Of a DNA stretch of 64,000 bases, positions 10,217-19,876 are shown in pieces; the stretch's first letter is position 1, and each line of letters starts with the position of its first letter. Under the pieces are notes generated by a model that saw only the letters and a list, made by a program, of their open reading frames with translations, searched no databases and had not been told where the DNA came from. Source of the DNA: an uncultured Clostridium sp. (GTDB taxonomy: Bacteria > Bacillota > Clostridia > TANB77 > CAG-508); contig CAMTJT010000011.1 in assembly GCA_947073285.1 (NCBI GenBank), positions 1,988 through 65,987 on the forward strand, in the 5' to 3' direction. The translations under genes and the position numbers were made by a program.

Positions 10217-12136
10217 ATGATTCAAATGGATAAAAATCAAATAGGCAAAATACGTATTGAAATTGCTTTAGGAAAGACATATGAACAAGTAGCAAATGAA
10301 TTTAATATTCCTCTTACTAGATATAAAAAAATACCAAGAATTTATTCAAGAAAAGCGATTGGAAGATTACTTTTTCAATATAATAATGAAAAAATAGCAC
10401 AAATAGCACAAATTCCAGTAGAAATAGTAGAACAAATACGACAAGAACAAAAGCAAAATGAGGCTTTACTTCGTATTCATAGTGCATTAGGAACACCTCA
10501 TGAACAAATAGCAAAAGAGCTAGAAGTAGCATTTTCTACAGTAAGTGGCAGAAAAAGAGAAATAAAAAATCTTTATTCTAGAGAAATGATTATAGATTTA
10601 TTAAAAAGTCAGGATGATGCAGAAATTGCAGAATTAGCACAGGTTCCAATAGAAATAGTAGAACAAATAAGAAGAGAAACGCAAGAAGAAGACTCCCTCC
10701 TTAGAGGTCTAATTGCAATAGAGACATCAGAAAAAGAAATATCTAAAATCTTAGGATTAACTTCTAGACGCTTAATCGAGAGTAGAAAAGCAAGGTTAGG
10801 AAAAGTGTATACCAGAAAAGAAATAGAAGATTTGTTAGAAGGAAATAGCAATCAAAGAATAGCAAAAATAACACAAGTTTCAGAAGATATAGTTGCACAA
10901 ATTAGAAAAGCAAAAACAATAGGTGAACCATACTATACAATGGATACAAGAAGACTAAAAAATTCTAATGCAGAAAAAGGTATTCGCACATTAGTAGCAT
11001 TAGGGTGTAGTAATACAGAAATAGGTATTCGATATCATTATCATGAATTAAGTATGCGAAATATTAAGTTTTCATTTGGAATATATAGTAGAATTCAAAT
11101 CAATAATTTATTAGATTTATACTCAAATGAAGAAATTGCTAGTATTGCCGATATTAGTTTTCTAACTGTTAAACAAATAAGGGAAGAAGAACAAAGAAAA
11201 AATAAAAGTAGAAACAGAAATAATACTGGGAATATTAAATATGAAAGTGAAATACGTAATTTAGTAGCTCAAAATGTACCACTAGAAGACATTTCTTTAA
11301 GATTAGGTTTTGAAGTAGGAACACTAAGATATATGAAATCCAAATTAGGAACATATTCTAGAATACAAATTATTAGGTTATTAGAAATAAAAGATGAAGA
11401 AGAAGTAGCTAATATTACAAAAGTTGATTTAGATATTATTGCTCAAATAAGAAAAGAGCAAAAAGACTTAGAACAAAAAAGAGAATGTATAATGCAAGAA
11501 GAGTTAGCAAAAGAGAGGGAAAAACAGCAAAAAGAACAAAAATTGCGTATTGCATTTGCAAAAGGAGAATCATATACGCAAATACAAATGCAATTTAATT
11601 ATGCTAGTGTAAAGTCTGTTGCGGCAATAAAAAGTACAAAAAACATATTTAGCAGAAGGCAGATTTGTGATTTGATGAATAGTGACAAAACAAATGAACA
11701 AATTGCACAAATAGTTCAAATTCCAATTGAATTAGTAATAGAAATAAGAGAAGAAAAACATAAAGAAAATCAAGAATTAAAAAAAGCGTGTGAAACAGAA
11801 TTAGAACGATTAAATAAAAGAATAAAAGCTATAAAAGAAGAAAACATTTCTAGAAAAACACAACAAAGTATAGATATAAAAATTACTAAAATTTTAAATG
11901 GATATCAAGGCTGTTTAACAGAAGTTGATTATGCTTTTATAGCATATGCATATTTAAGAGTAGGAATGAGGCATCAATGTCAAGAAGTTGCAGAAAAGTA
12001 TTTAAAAATTGAAAACTATTCTATAGAAGAAGTAGTTAAGAGAATAGAGGGAATAATAGAAGCTGAAAGGCTTCGTAGAGAAAAGCCTATTATTTTAATT
12101 GCACCGAATAGACATAAGGAAATGGAAGAAAGATAA
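10217..12136 (+). CDS. large protein built from about 7 tandem ~65-70 aa HTH-like repeats; paralog of 7803..9638
   Basis: The recurring module is (L)G.(S/T)..EIA..L.....T....R...G.YSR.EI..LL...S/N.EEIA.IA.VP.EIVEQIR.E. The C-terminal block is shared with 7803..9638. Confidence 0.6.
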   Translation: MIQMDKNQIGKIRIEIALGKTYEQVANEFNIPLTRYKKIPRIYSRKAIGRLLFQYNNEKIAQIAQIPVEIVEQIRQEQKQNEALLRIHSALGTPHEQIAKELEVAFSTVSGRKREIKNLYSREMIIDLLKSQDDAEIAELAQVPIEIVEQIRRETQEEDSLLRGLIAIETSEKEISKILGLTSRRLIESRKARLGKVYTRKEIEDLLEGNSNQRIAKITQVSEDIVAQIRKAKTIGEPYYTMDTRRLKNSNAEKGIRTLVALGCSNTEIGIRYHYHELSMRNIKFSFGIYSRIQINNLLDLYSNEEIASIADISFLTVKQIREEEQRKNKSRNRNNTGNIKYESEIRNLVAQNVPLEDISLRLGFEVGTLRYMKSKLGTYSRIQIIRLLEIKDEEEVANITKVDLDIIAQIRKEQKDLEQKRECIMQEELAKEREKQQKEQKLRIAFAKGESYTQIQMQFNYASVKSVAAIKSTKNIFSRRQICDLMNSDKTNEQIAQIVQIPIELVIEIREEKHKENQELKKACETELERLNKRIKAIKEENISRKTQQSIDIKITKILNGYQGCLTEVDYAFIAYAYLRVGMRHQCQEVAEKYLKIENYSIEEVVKRIEGIIEAERLRREKPIILIAPNRHKEMEER

Positions 12137-12178
12137 ATAATAAGTTTTCATAAAAAATAACAAATAATTTTAAAAAAG

Positions 12179-12477
12179 TTATCCACAGAAATAACTCAAT
12201 GTTTTCAGTTATTAACAAAGTTATCCACATTATCCACAGATATGTGGATAATATTTTTTGTAAACTATATGTAATTTTTATGTAACATTAAAGCATATTT
12301 GTAAAATTTTTGTAATTAAAATGTAATATAGCAAAATAAATTGTGTCAATAAAGGGAAAAAAATGTAAATAAAATGAGAATTTTGTGAAAGAATTATGAC
12401 AAACAGATTACAAATTCATGCAAATTACTGCAAAGTAATAACCAATTATCCACAGTTAAAGAATTAACTTATCCACA
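12179..12477. promoter_or_regulatory. DnaA-box cluster (six perfect TTATCCACA 9-mers) flanking an AT-rich tract with phased TGTAA repeats
   Basis: TTATCCACA occurs at 12179, 12221, 12230, 12446 and 12469, and inverted (TGTGGATAA) at 12243. TGTAA occurs at 12259/12270/12281 and 12300/12311/12322, with exact 11-bp spacing. Confidence 0.8.
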
Positions 12478-12506
12478 ATTACAAAAAATAAGATAATAAA
12501 AAAGCA

Positions 12507-12535
12507 TTGACAAATACAAACCAATGTTTTATAAT
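12507..12535 (+). promoter_or_regulatory. sigma-A type promoter upstream of uvrA
   Basis: TTGACA (12507-12512), 17-bp spacer, TATAAT (12530-12535). Confidence 0.7.
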
Positions 12536-12598
12536 GTTCTAGATTAAGGAATAAAAAATAATACCAAAAGTTCTGTAGAAAAATAGGGGGAAGCATTT

Positions 12599-15425
12599 AT
12601 GCAAAATAGCATTGTTATAAAAGGTGCAAAAGAACATAATTTAAAAGATATTAACTTGGAAATACCAAGAGATAAATTAGTAGTTATTACTGGACTTTCA
12701 GGTTCTGGTAAATCTTCACTTGCTTTTGATACTTTATATGCAGAAGGGCAAAGACGATATGTAGAAAGCTTATCATCTTATGCAAGGCAATTTCTAGGTT
12801 TAATGGAAAAACCAGAGGTAGAATCTATTGATGGGCTTTCGCCAGCAATTTCAATTGATCAAAAAACTACTTCAAGAAATCCACGTTCAACAGTTGGTAC
12901 TGTTACTGAAATTTATGATTATATTCGTTTGCTTTATGCACGTATTGGTGTACCATATTGCCCAAACTGTGGCAAAAAAATAGAAAAACAAACGATTGAC
13001 CAAATTATTGATAGTGTTATGAGTTTAGAAGAAGGTACAAAAATACAAGTATTAGCACCAGTAGTACGTGGCAAAAAAGGAGAATATACCAAACTTTTAC
13101 AAAATTTTCAAAAAGAAGGTTTTGTACGTATTAGAATAGATGGTCAAACTTTTGAACTTACAGATGATATTGAAATAGATAGAAAGAAAAAGCATAATAT
13201 TGAACTAATTGTAGATAGATTAGTCATAAAAGAAGATATTAGAACACGTTTAACAGAATCAGTAGAAATTGCTCTAAAATATGCAAACAATCTAGTAAGT
13301 ATTGACATTCCAGGAGAAAGAGAAATTCTATTTAGTCAAAATTATGCTTGCCCAGATTGTGGTATTAGTATAGAAGAATTAACACCAAGAATGTTCTCAT
13401 TTAATAATCCATTTGGGGCGTGCCCAACTTGTACTGGTATTGGTTATCTTATGAAAATGGATGAAGATTTAATTGTTCCAGACAAAACAAAAACTCTATA
13501 TGATGGAATAAAAGCTTTTGGTGCTAGTACTATGAAAAAGGGCGAAACTATGGCAAAAATGTACTTTGAAAGTATTGCCAAATATTATGATGTAGATATT
13601 TCAAAGCCAATTAAAGATTTGCCAAGATGGTTTTTAGAAAAAATATTATATGGTACAGGGGAAGATGTTATTGATTTTGAATATACTTCTGTTGCAGGTA
13701 CCAGAAAATTTAGCACACCATTTGAAGGGGTTATTCCAACATTAGATAGAAGATATAACGAAACAAAGTCACAAGGAATGAGAGATTTTTACGAAATGTA
13801 TATGAGTGAAAGTGCTTGTCATACTTGTCATGGAGCAAGGCTAAAAAAAGAAAGCTTATCTGTAAAAGTAGGAGATAAAAATATTAATGAACTAATAGAT
13901 ATGTCAATTGACAAAATAAAAGACTTTTTAAACTCTTTAGAATTAAATAAACAAAGCAGAATGATTGCAGACCAAATTTTAAAGGAACTAAATAAAAGGT
14001 TACAATTTTTGATTGATGTAGGGCTAGAATATTTAACCCTCTCTAGAGGTGCTGGTAGTTTATCAGGAGGAGAAGCACAACGTATTCGTTTAGCTACTCA
14101 AATTGGTTCTGGCTTAACAGGGGTATTATATATTTTAGATGAACCAAGTATTGGGCTACATCAAAGAGATAATGATAAATTATTAGCAACCTTACGAAAA
14201 CTAAGAGATTTAGGTAATACTGTTTTAGTAGTAGAGCATGATGAAGATACAATGTATGCAGCAGACCAAATTGTAGATATAGGTCCAGGACCTGGTGTTC
14301 ATGGAGGAAAAGTAATTGCACAAGGAACCGCAGAAGAAATTAAACTAATACCAGAATCAATTACAGGTCAGTATTTAAGTGGTAAAAAACAAATTATAGT
14401 ACCTAAAAAAAGAAGAAAGTCAAACGGAAAAGCAATAGAAGTAAAAGGTGCTATAGAACATAATTTGAAAAATGTAAATGTAAAATTTCCATTAGGGCAA
14501 TTTGTTTGTGTAACTGGTGTTTCAGGTTCTGGAAAAAGTACTTTAGTAAATGAAATTTTATATAAAACGATAGCAAAAGAAGTATATGGTTCTAATGAAA
14601 AACCAGGAAAATGTAAAGAAATAAAAGGTCTAGAAAACATTGATAAAATCATTAATATTGATCAATCTCCTATTGGTAGAACACCACGTTCTAACCCTGC
14701 TACTTATACTGGAGTATTTGACATTATACGTGACATTTTTGCTGCAACAGAAGAAGCAAAAATGCGTGGTTATGATAAGGGAAGATTTAGTTTCAATGTT
14801 TCTGGTGGTAGATGTGAGGCCTGTTCAGGAGATGGTGTACTTAAAATAGAAATGCACTTTTTACCAGATATTTATGTACCTTGTGAGGTATGTAAAGGAA
14901 AACGCTATAATAGAGAAACATTAGAAGTAAAATATAAAGGAAAAACAATTAGTGATGTATTAGATATGACTGTAGAAGAAGCATTAGAGTTTTTCAAAAA
15001 TGTACCTAGAATAAAAAATAAAATTCAAACTCTACATGATGTGGGGCTTCGGTTATATAAAATTAGGACAACCATCTACTACTTTATCAGGTGGAGAAGC
15101 ACAACGTGTAAAACTTGCAACAGAATTATCTAAAAAAGCAACTGGCAAAACCTTATATATTTTAGATGAGCCAACAACAGGTCTTCATATTGCAGATGTA
15201 CACAAATTAGTAGATATTTTGCAAAGGCTAGTAGATACAGGAAACAGCATTATTGTTATAGAGCATAACTTAGATTTAATTAAAACAGCAGATTATATTA
15301 TTGATTTAGGACCAGAAGGCGGGGAAAAAGGTGGTCAAATTATAGCAGTAGGCTCTCCAGAACAAATTGTGAAAAATGAGCAAAGCTATACGGGTAAGTT
15401 TTTAAAAAAATATATTGAAAAATAA
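12599..15425 (+). CDS. uvrA: excinuclease ABC subunit A, needs a +1 shift at CGG 15050
   Basis: Two ABC ATPase modules ([20 protein letters not shown]), zinc fingers, and LSGGEAQR twice. ORFs 12599..15133 and 15036..15425 join as [29 protein letters not shown]. Confidence 0.93.
15050..15053 (+). other. frame-change point at in-frame CGG (uvrA): CTT CGG T -> Gly GGT
   Basis: CGG is in the frame of ORF 12599..15133. GGT 15051 is in the frame of ORF 15036..15425. Confidence 0.85.
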
Positions 15426-15431
15426 AAAAAT

Positions 15432-15621
15432 ACAAGAGATACAAAGCTAAATGGGCACTTCGAAGAAAAACAAAAGTAAAGAAAAAACAAAAAAGAAAGG
15501 GAATTAAAGCAAAAATTCCATATTTAATATAGTTGTACATAGAAAAATATACAATTTTTCTCATACAATGAAAAAGTAAAAATACAAAAACAAAATGCCC
15601 ATTTAGCTTTGTATCTCTTGT
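15432..15621. repeat. perfect 26-bp inverted repeat pair separated by 138 bp
   Basis: ACAAGAGATACAAAGCTAAATGGGCA at 15432-15457 has its exact reverse complement at 15596-15621. The spacer is AT-rich with an internal small hairpin (ggaatt...aattcc). Confidence 0.9.
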
Positions 15622-15635
15622 TATTTTAACTTTAA

Positions 15636-15737
15636 CTATTTGCAGTTATTGTTGTTATTTCTTTCATTTTTGTTATTATTTTTATTGTTGTTGTTATTCT
15701 TGTTGTTATTGTTTTGTTTGTTTTGATTTTCTGACAT
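15636..15737 (-). CDS. possible 33-aa Asn-rich peptide MSENQNKQNNNNKNNNNNKNNNKNERNNNNNCK
   Basis: ATG is preceded by GGAGGTG at about 7 nt. The sequence is low-complexity, so it could be a chance ORF in AT-rich DNA. Confidence 0.3.
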   Translation of the reverse strand: MSENQNKQNNNNKNNNNNKNNNKNERNNNNNCK

Positions 15738-15968
15738 AATCAGCACCTCCATTTCTTATCTAAAACTATTGTGTACAAAAAGTTTTAATTTTATTCAAAA
15801 ACTTTAAAAATAAATAAAACTCAATGGAAATTAAAATAAACATTGAGTTTTTATTTTGTAAAAAATCATTAAAAAATAGCTTACAGAAATAATTTGCATT
15901 TATATAGCAACTAATTTAAAAGTATGATATGATATCTATAGAAAAGTATATTAACAGGAGAAATAGAA

Positions 15969-16652
15969 ATGAGTAATATGGTAATAGGAATAGAAGGTTT
16001 AGTTGGTGCAGGAAAAACAGCCATTTGCAAAGAGCTTTTAAATGAAATACCAAATAGTATTTTATTACAAGGTGGAAATTTATATAGAGCTATTGTATTT
16101 GCCTTATTGTCTTCTAAAACTAATTTAGAAGAATTAAAACAAGCTATGAAACAAGCAGATATAAAACAAATCATGGAAAAGTTAAAAATCACATTAGCCA
16201 TTGAAAATAGAGATACTGTTATTTATATAGATGGTAAAAAAATAGAAGAAGAAGATTTGCAAACTGCAAAATCTTCTATGGCAGTTTCAGAAATAAGCAG
16301 TGTAGCAGATAACCAAAATTTTTACCTATTTGGGAGAAATATTATCGAAAAATTTAAACAAAGCTATAACATAATTGTATCTGGCAGAGATTTAATGAAA
16401 ATTTATCCTAATTTAGATTATCATTTTTTAGTAACCGCTTCTTTAGAAGAACGTGTTAGAAGAAAATGCATACAATATAATGGAAAAGTACCAGCAGATG
16501 AAGTAAAACAAAATATTATAAAAAGAGATGAATTGCAAGAAAAAACGGGATTTTATCAAAAATATGATAAAACTATATTAGTAGATATAACCTCTTGCAA
16601 AACAGTAGAAGAATCTACAAAAGAAGTATTAAAATATATTACGCAAAAGTAA
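15969..16652 (+). CDS. cytidylate kinase-like (d)NMP kinase
   Basis: P-loop IGIEGLVGAGKT, then GGNLYRA and SGRDLMKIYPN...FLVTASLEERVRRK, resembling Cmk. Confidence 0.6.
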   Translation: MSNMVIGIEGLVGAGKTAICKELLNEIPNSILLQGGNLYRAIVFALLSSKTNLEELKQAMKQADIKQIMEKLKITLAIENRDTVIYIDGKKIEEEDLQTAKSSMAVSEISSVADNQNFYLFGRNIIEKFKQSYNIIVSGRDLMKIYPNLDYHFLVTASLEERVRRKCIQYNGKVPADEVKQNIIKRDELQEKTGFYQKYDKTILVDITSCKTVEESTKEVLKYITQK

Positions 16653-16746
16653 TAATTGAGAGTTTATATGATTTATAGCACAAAAATATAGTTACAAACA
16701 AAGTAAAATAAAAAGTAGATTTGTATAGATGAAATTAGGAGGAAAT

Positions 16747-18156
16747 ATGGGCTTTGTTAATAAAAAATTAAAAGAATTTGAAGAGTATATTCAAGGAAAG
16801 AAAGTAGCTATTATAGGGTTAGGAGTAAGCAATATTCCTTTAGTAGACTATTTCTATCATTTAGGTGCAAAAGTTACTATTTTTGACAAAAGAGAAGAAA
16901 AAAAATTAGATAAAGAAGTAGTTAAAAAAATACAAAATTATCACTTTACATTATATACAGGGGAAAACGCTTTAGAACATTTACAAGGTTTTTCTATTAT
17001 TTTTCGTTCTCCAAGTTGTAGACCAGATACACCTGAAATATTAGCAGAAATAGAAAAAGGAGCTATTCTTACCTCTGAAATAGAAATGTTAATGAAATTA
17101 TGCCCAGGTACTATTATTGGAATTACTGGTAGTGACGGAAAAACAACTACAACGAATTTAATTTATGAAATATTACAAGAAAAAGGCTATCATTGTTATT
17201 TAGGTGGTAATATTGGAGTTCCACTTTTCACAAAAGTAAGTGAGATGAAACCAGAAGATATAGTTGTATTAGAACTTAGTAGTTTTCAATTAATGGATAT
17301 GCAAATTAGCCCACATATTAGTGTTATCACTAACATTTCACCAAATCATTTAGATATTCATAAATCTTATGACGAATACATAGAGGCCAAAAAGAACATT
17401 TTAAAATATCAAACTAAAAATGATATTGTTATTTTAAATTATGATAACGAAATCACCAAAAGTTTAGGAAATGAGGCAAATGGAAAGGTAATTTATTTTA
17501 GTAAAACACACAAATTAGAAAATGGTATTATTTATGATAATGGTATGATTAAATTATGTAAAAATAATGTTAGAAGACATATATTAAATATAAAAGATAT
17601 TCCACTAAAAGGTGAGCATAATTATGAAAATATTTGTACTGCAATAGCTGCAACTGTTAGTTTAGTAGAACCAGAAATAGCTACAAGTGCCATCCAAAAA
17701 TTTAAAGGTGTAGCACATAGATTAGAGTTTGTAAGAGAAATAGAAGGTGTTAAATGGTATAATGATTCTATTGGTACATCTCCTACAAGAACTATTGCAG
17801 GTTTAAATGCCTTTACAGAAAAAATTGTTCTAATTGCAGGCGGTTATGATAAACATTTAGATTATACACCAATTGCAAAGCCAATTATAGAGAATGTAAG
17901 TAGTTTAATTTTAATGGGAGCAACAGCACCCAAAATAGAAGAAGTAGTAAAACAGGAACTAAAAAAACAAGGAAAACAAATGCCAATCTATCATTGCAAT
18001 TCATTAAAAGAGGTAGTATTAAAAGCATATGAAGTATCTAAAAAAGGAGAAATTGTTTTATTTTCTCCTGCTAGTGCAAGTTTTGACTTATTTAAAAATT
18101 TCGAAGAAAGAGGAAATCAGTTTAAAGAATTGGTAGAAAAATCTTTACAATCATAA
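16747..18156 (+). CDS. murD: UDP-N-acetylmuramoylalanine--D-glutamate ligase
   Basis: GITGSDGKTTT, SSFQL and NISPNHLD motifs. I chose the ATG at 16747 because AGGAGG lies 5 nt upstream; the ORF track starts at 16729. Confidence 0.9.
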   Translation: MGFVNKKLKEFEEYIQGKKVAIIGLGVSNIPLVDYFYHLGAKVTIFDKREEKKLDKEVVKKIQNYHFTLYTGENALEHLQGFSIIFRSPSCRPDTPEILAEIEKGAILTSEIEMLMKLCPGTIIGITGSDGKTTTTNLIYEILQEKGYHCYLGGNIGVPLFTKVSEMKPEDIVVLELSSFQLMDMQISPHISVITNISPNHLDIHKSYDEYIEAKKNILKYQTKNDIVILNYDNEITKSLGNEANGKVIYFSKTHKLENGIIYDNGMIKLCKNNVRRHILNIKDIPLKGEHNYENICTAIAATVSLVEPEIATSAIQKFKGVAHRLEFVREIEGVKWYNDSIGTSPTRTIAGLNAFTEKIVLIAGGYDKHLDYTPIAKPIIENVSSLILMGATAPKIEEVVKQELKKQGKQMPIYHCNSLKEVVLKAYEVSKKGEIVLFSPASASFDLFKNFEERGNQFKELVEKSLQS

Positions 18157-18181
18157 AGAAGTATGCTATGATGTGTGCCAT

Positions 18182-18237
18182 AAAGGCTTTGAGAAAGAGC
18201 CTTTCGAAGAAATTTCGGAGGGCTTCACCTCCGAAAT
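18182..18237 (+). terminator. two stem-loops downstream of murD
   Basis: aaaggct...agccttt, then atttcggagg-gcttc-acctccgaaat, followed by an A/T run. These sit at the left edge of the G+C-richer island. Confidence 0.5.
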
Positions 18238-18260
18238 AAATAATTTTTTAGGAGGACATC

Positions 18261-19151
18261 ATGGGTAAGTTTGACAAGCAGCATCTAATCAAAGTTTTGG
18301 GGACAGTGGCAGGAAAAGATGTACTACGCAAAGCAGTACCAATCATTTCACAGCAAATTATTTCAGCAGCGAAATATTATATGGGTGTTCCTGATGGAAA
18401 ATATTTTTCAAGTACTGATTTTCCAGAAAGTGTAGTAACAGCCAAAAAAGCCTATATTACTTTGAACACAATTATGGGTGGTGAAACAGCAGAAGCAGAT
18501 CGTTTTAGAGAAGGAAAAAAGCAAATACCAGAACTATTTACGCCATTAGGTGTGGAAAAAATGCTTACTTTATTTACACATCTTTATTGTTTTGGAAGTG
18601 GCTCACAAGAAGCTATCGATTGTGAAACAGTTAGAGCTTGCCGGCAAACTGAGGTATCAGAAGGTGTTAGCTTTGTTGGCCCATTAACTTCTACAACCAA
18701 GCTTTCAGTGGATGAAATTATGCAACTGGGCTATGGGAATAAAAATGGTTTAGCCATTTGCTTTTATAACTTCCATGAGGGAGCTTGCCTGTTTGACATG
18801 GAGTTATTGGGAAATGATTATTTAAAACCAGAAGAAAGAGAAGTTCTTCTACTTATGAAAAACAAACTAGTTGCTTGTTGTCAAGGTTATGATAATAGGT
18901 ATTTAGGAAAAGATGGTCAGCCAGCATTAATTTATACGATTGATGTTTATCAACCAGAATTTGAGCCTATTGTAGAAACGCAACAAGAACTAGAAAGTGT
19001 TGTTTACTGTCCACAAACAATTGAAAAAGTACGAGACTTTTATGTAGCATTAAATGGCGAAGGGGATTTTCCTGAGATACCAGATTACTACAAAGAATGG
19101 AAGTCTTGCTTCCAAAAACTAGTGTTTTTGGAAATTCAAAAGTTAGTATAA
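18261..19151 (+). CDS. putative mono-ADP-ribosyltransferase (R-S-ExE type) domain protein
   Basis: TVRACR (Arg), LTSTTK (STS-like) about 20 aa later, and EEREVLL (ExE followed by VLL) about 45 aa after that. The G+C is visibly higher than in the flanks. CGG is used as in-frame Arg at 18642. Confidence 0.45.
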   Translation: MGKFDKQHLIKVLGTVAGKDVLRKAVPIISQQIISAAKYYMGVPDGKYFSSTDFPESVVTAKKAYITLNTIMGGETAEADRFREGKKQIPELFTPLGVEKMLTLFTHLYCFGSGSQEAIDCETVRACRQTEVSEGVSFVGPLTSTTKLSVDEIMQLGYGNKNGLAICFYNFHEGACLFDMELLGNDYLKPEEREVLLLMKNKLVACCQGYDNRYLGKDGQPALIYTIDVYQPEFEPIVETQQELESVVYCPQTIEKVRDFYVALNGEGDFPEIPDYYKEWKSCFQKLVFLEIQKLV

Positions 19152-19156
19152 AATTA

Positions 19157-19194
19157 AACCACCCCCAAGTTCAAGAAATTGAGCTTGGGGGGTT
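19157..19194. terminator. GC-rich hairpin between convergent genes
   Basis: ccccaag...cttgggg stem, between the stop at 19151 (+) and the stop at 19202 (-). Confidence 0.55.
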
Positions 19195-19201
19195 GGGTAT
19201 T

Positions 19202-19495
19202 CTACCGTTTATATTGGAGACGTTTGCTCTTGGCGATTGGCACTGCAATGGCAATGATACTAATGTGACAAAACAGAATAGACGGATTCCATGAATGCAT
19301 TCCCATTACACCCTCTAACAAAAAGACGTTAGGTACAAGGAATGCCATGAAGATAGCTATCCAAAATGCCACATATAGTGTTCGAACTGACCGATTAACA
19401 AAGCCGAGGAATAGTACTATTAAGTAGAGTACAAAGATAACGCCAATGATAATCAGTAGAATTTCTTTCAGCTCACTTGGATTGAGTGTACACAT
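19202..19495 (-). CDS. small membrane protein (about 3 TM helices), convergent partner of the ART-like gene
   Basis: Hydrophobic 97-aa ORF with the same G+C-richer composition. It has two in-frame CGG Arg codons (NRSV and the terminal KR). Confidence 0.5.
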   Translation of the reverse strand: MCTLNPSELKEILLIIIGVIFVLYLIVLFLGFVNRSVRTLYVAFWIAIFMAFLVPNVFLLEGVMGMHSWNPSILFCHISIIAIAVPIAKSKRLQYKR

Positions 19496-19876
19496 GAGGT
19501 AACCTCCTTTTTAGGCTTATGATTGAGAGTTTGGTATTGTAAATGATAATATATAATACTAAAAAGTTAGAGAGTATAGTCTCTTCACTAATTAGTGAAA
19601 CCAAGAAACTGAAAATAAGCATGAAATATACTTTATTATAACATGTTTTACATAAAATTGCAAATTTTTATGTATTTTTGTATCTTTAAATGTATTTTTA
19701 TATCTTTAAAATTTCTATTTTCTCTAGAGTAACTAATTCATATATATCAAATCTTTCATTACTTTTAAATTCCTATGCAATTGAAATTTAAAAAGTACTA
19801 GCTATTTTGTAGCTACAACAATCACCAAAAATGAAAAATTGCATAGGATAGTACTAAAGAGATAAGGAGGTATTAT

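Noticed and set aside
12137-12598. Declaring this the chromosomal replication origin.
   Set aside because: dnaA/dnaN are not in the window, and DnaA-box clusters outside oriC are known. It is reported as oriC-like only.
15340-15564. 74-aa minus-strand ORF spanning the uvrA end and the inverted-repeat spacer.
   Set aside because: It overlaps the uvrA 3' end, is hydrophobic low-complexity, and has no RBS. It is most likely spurious.
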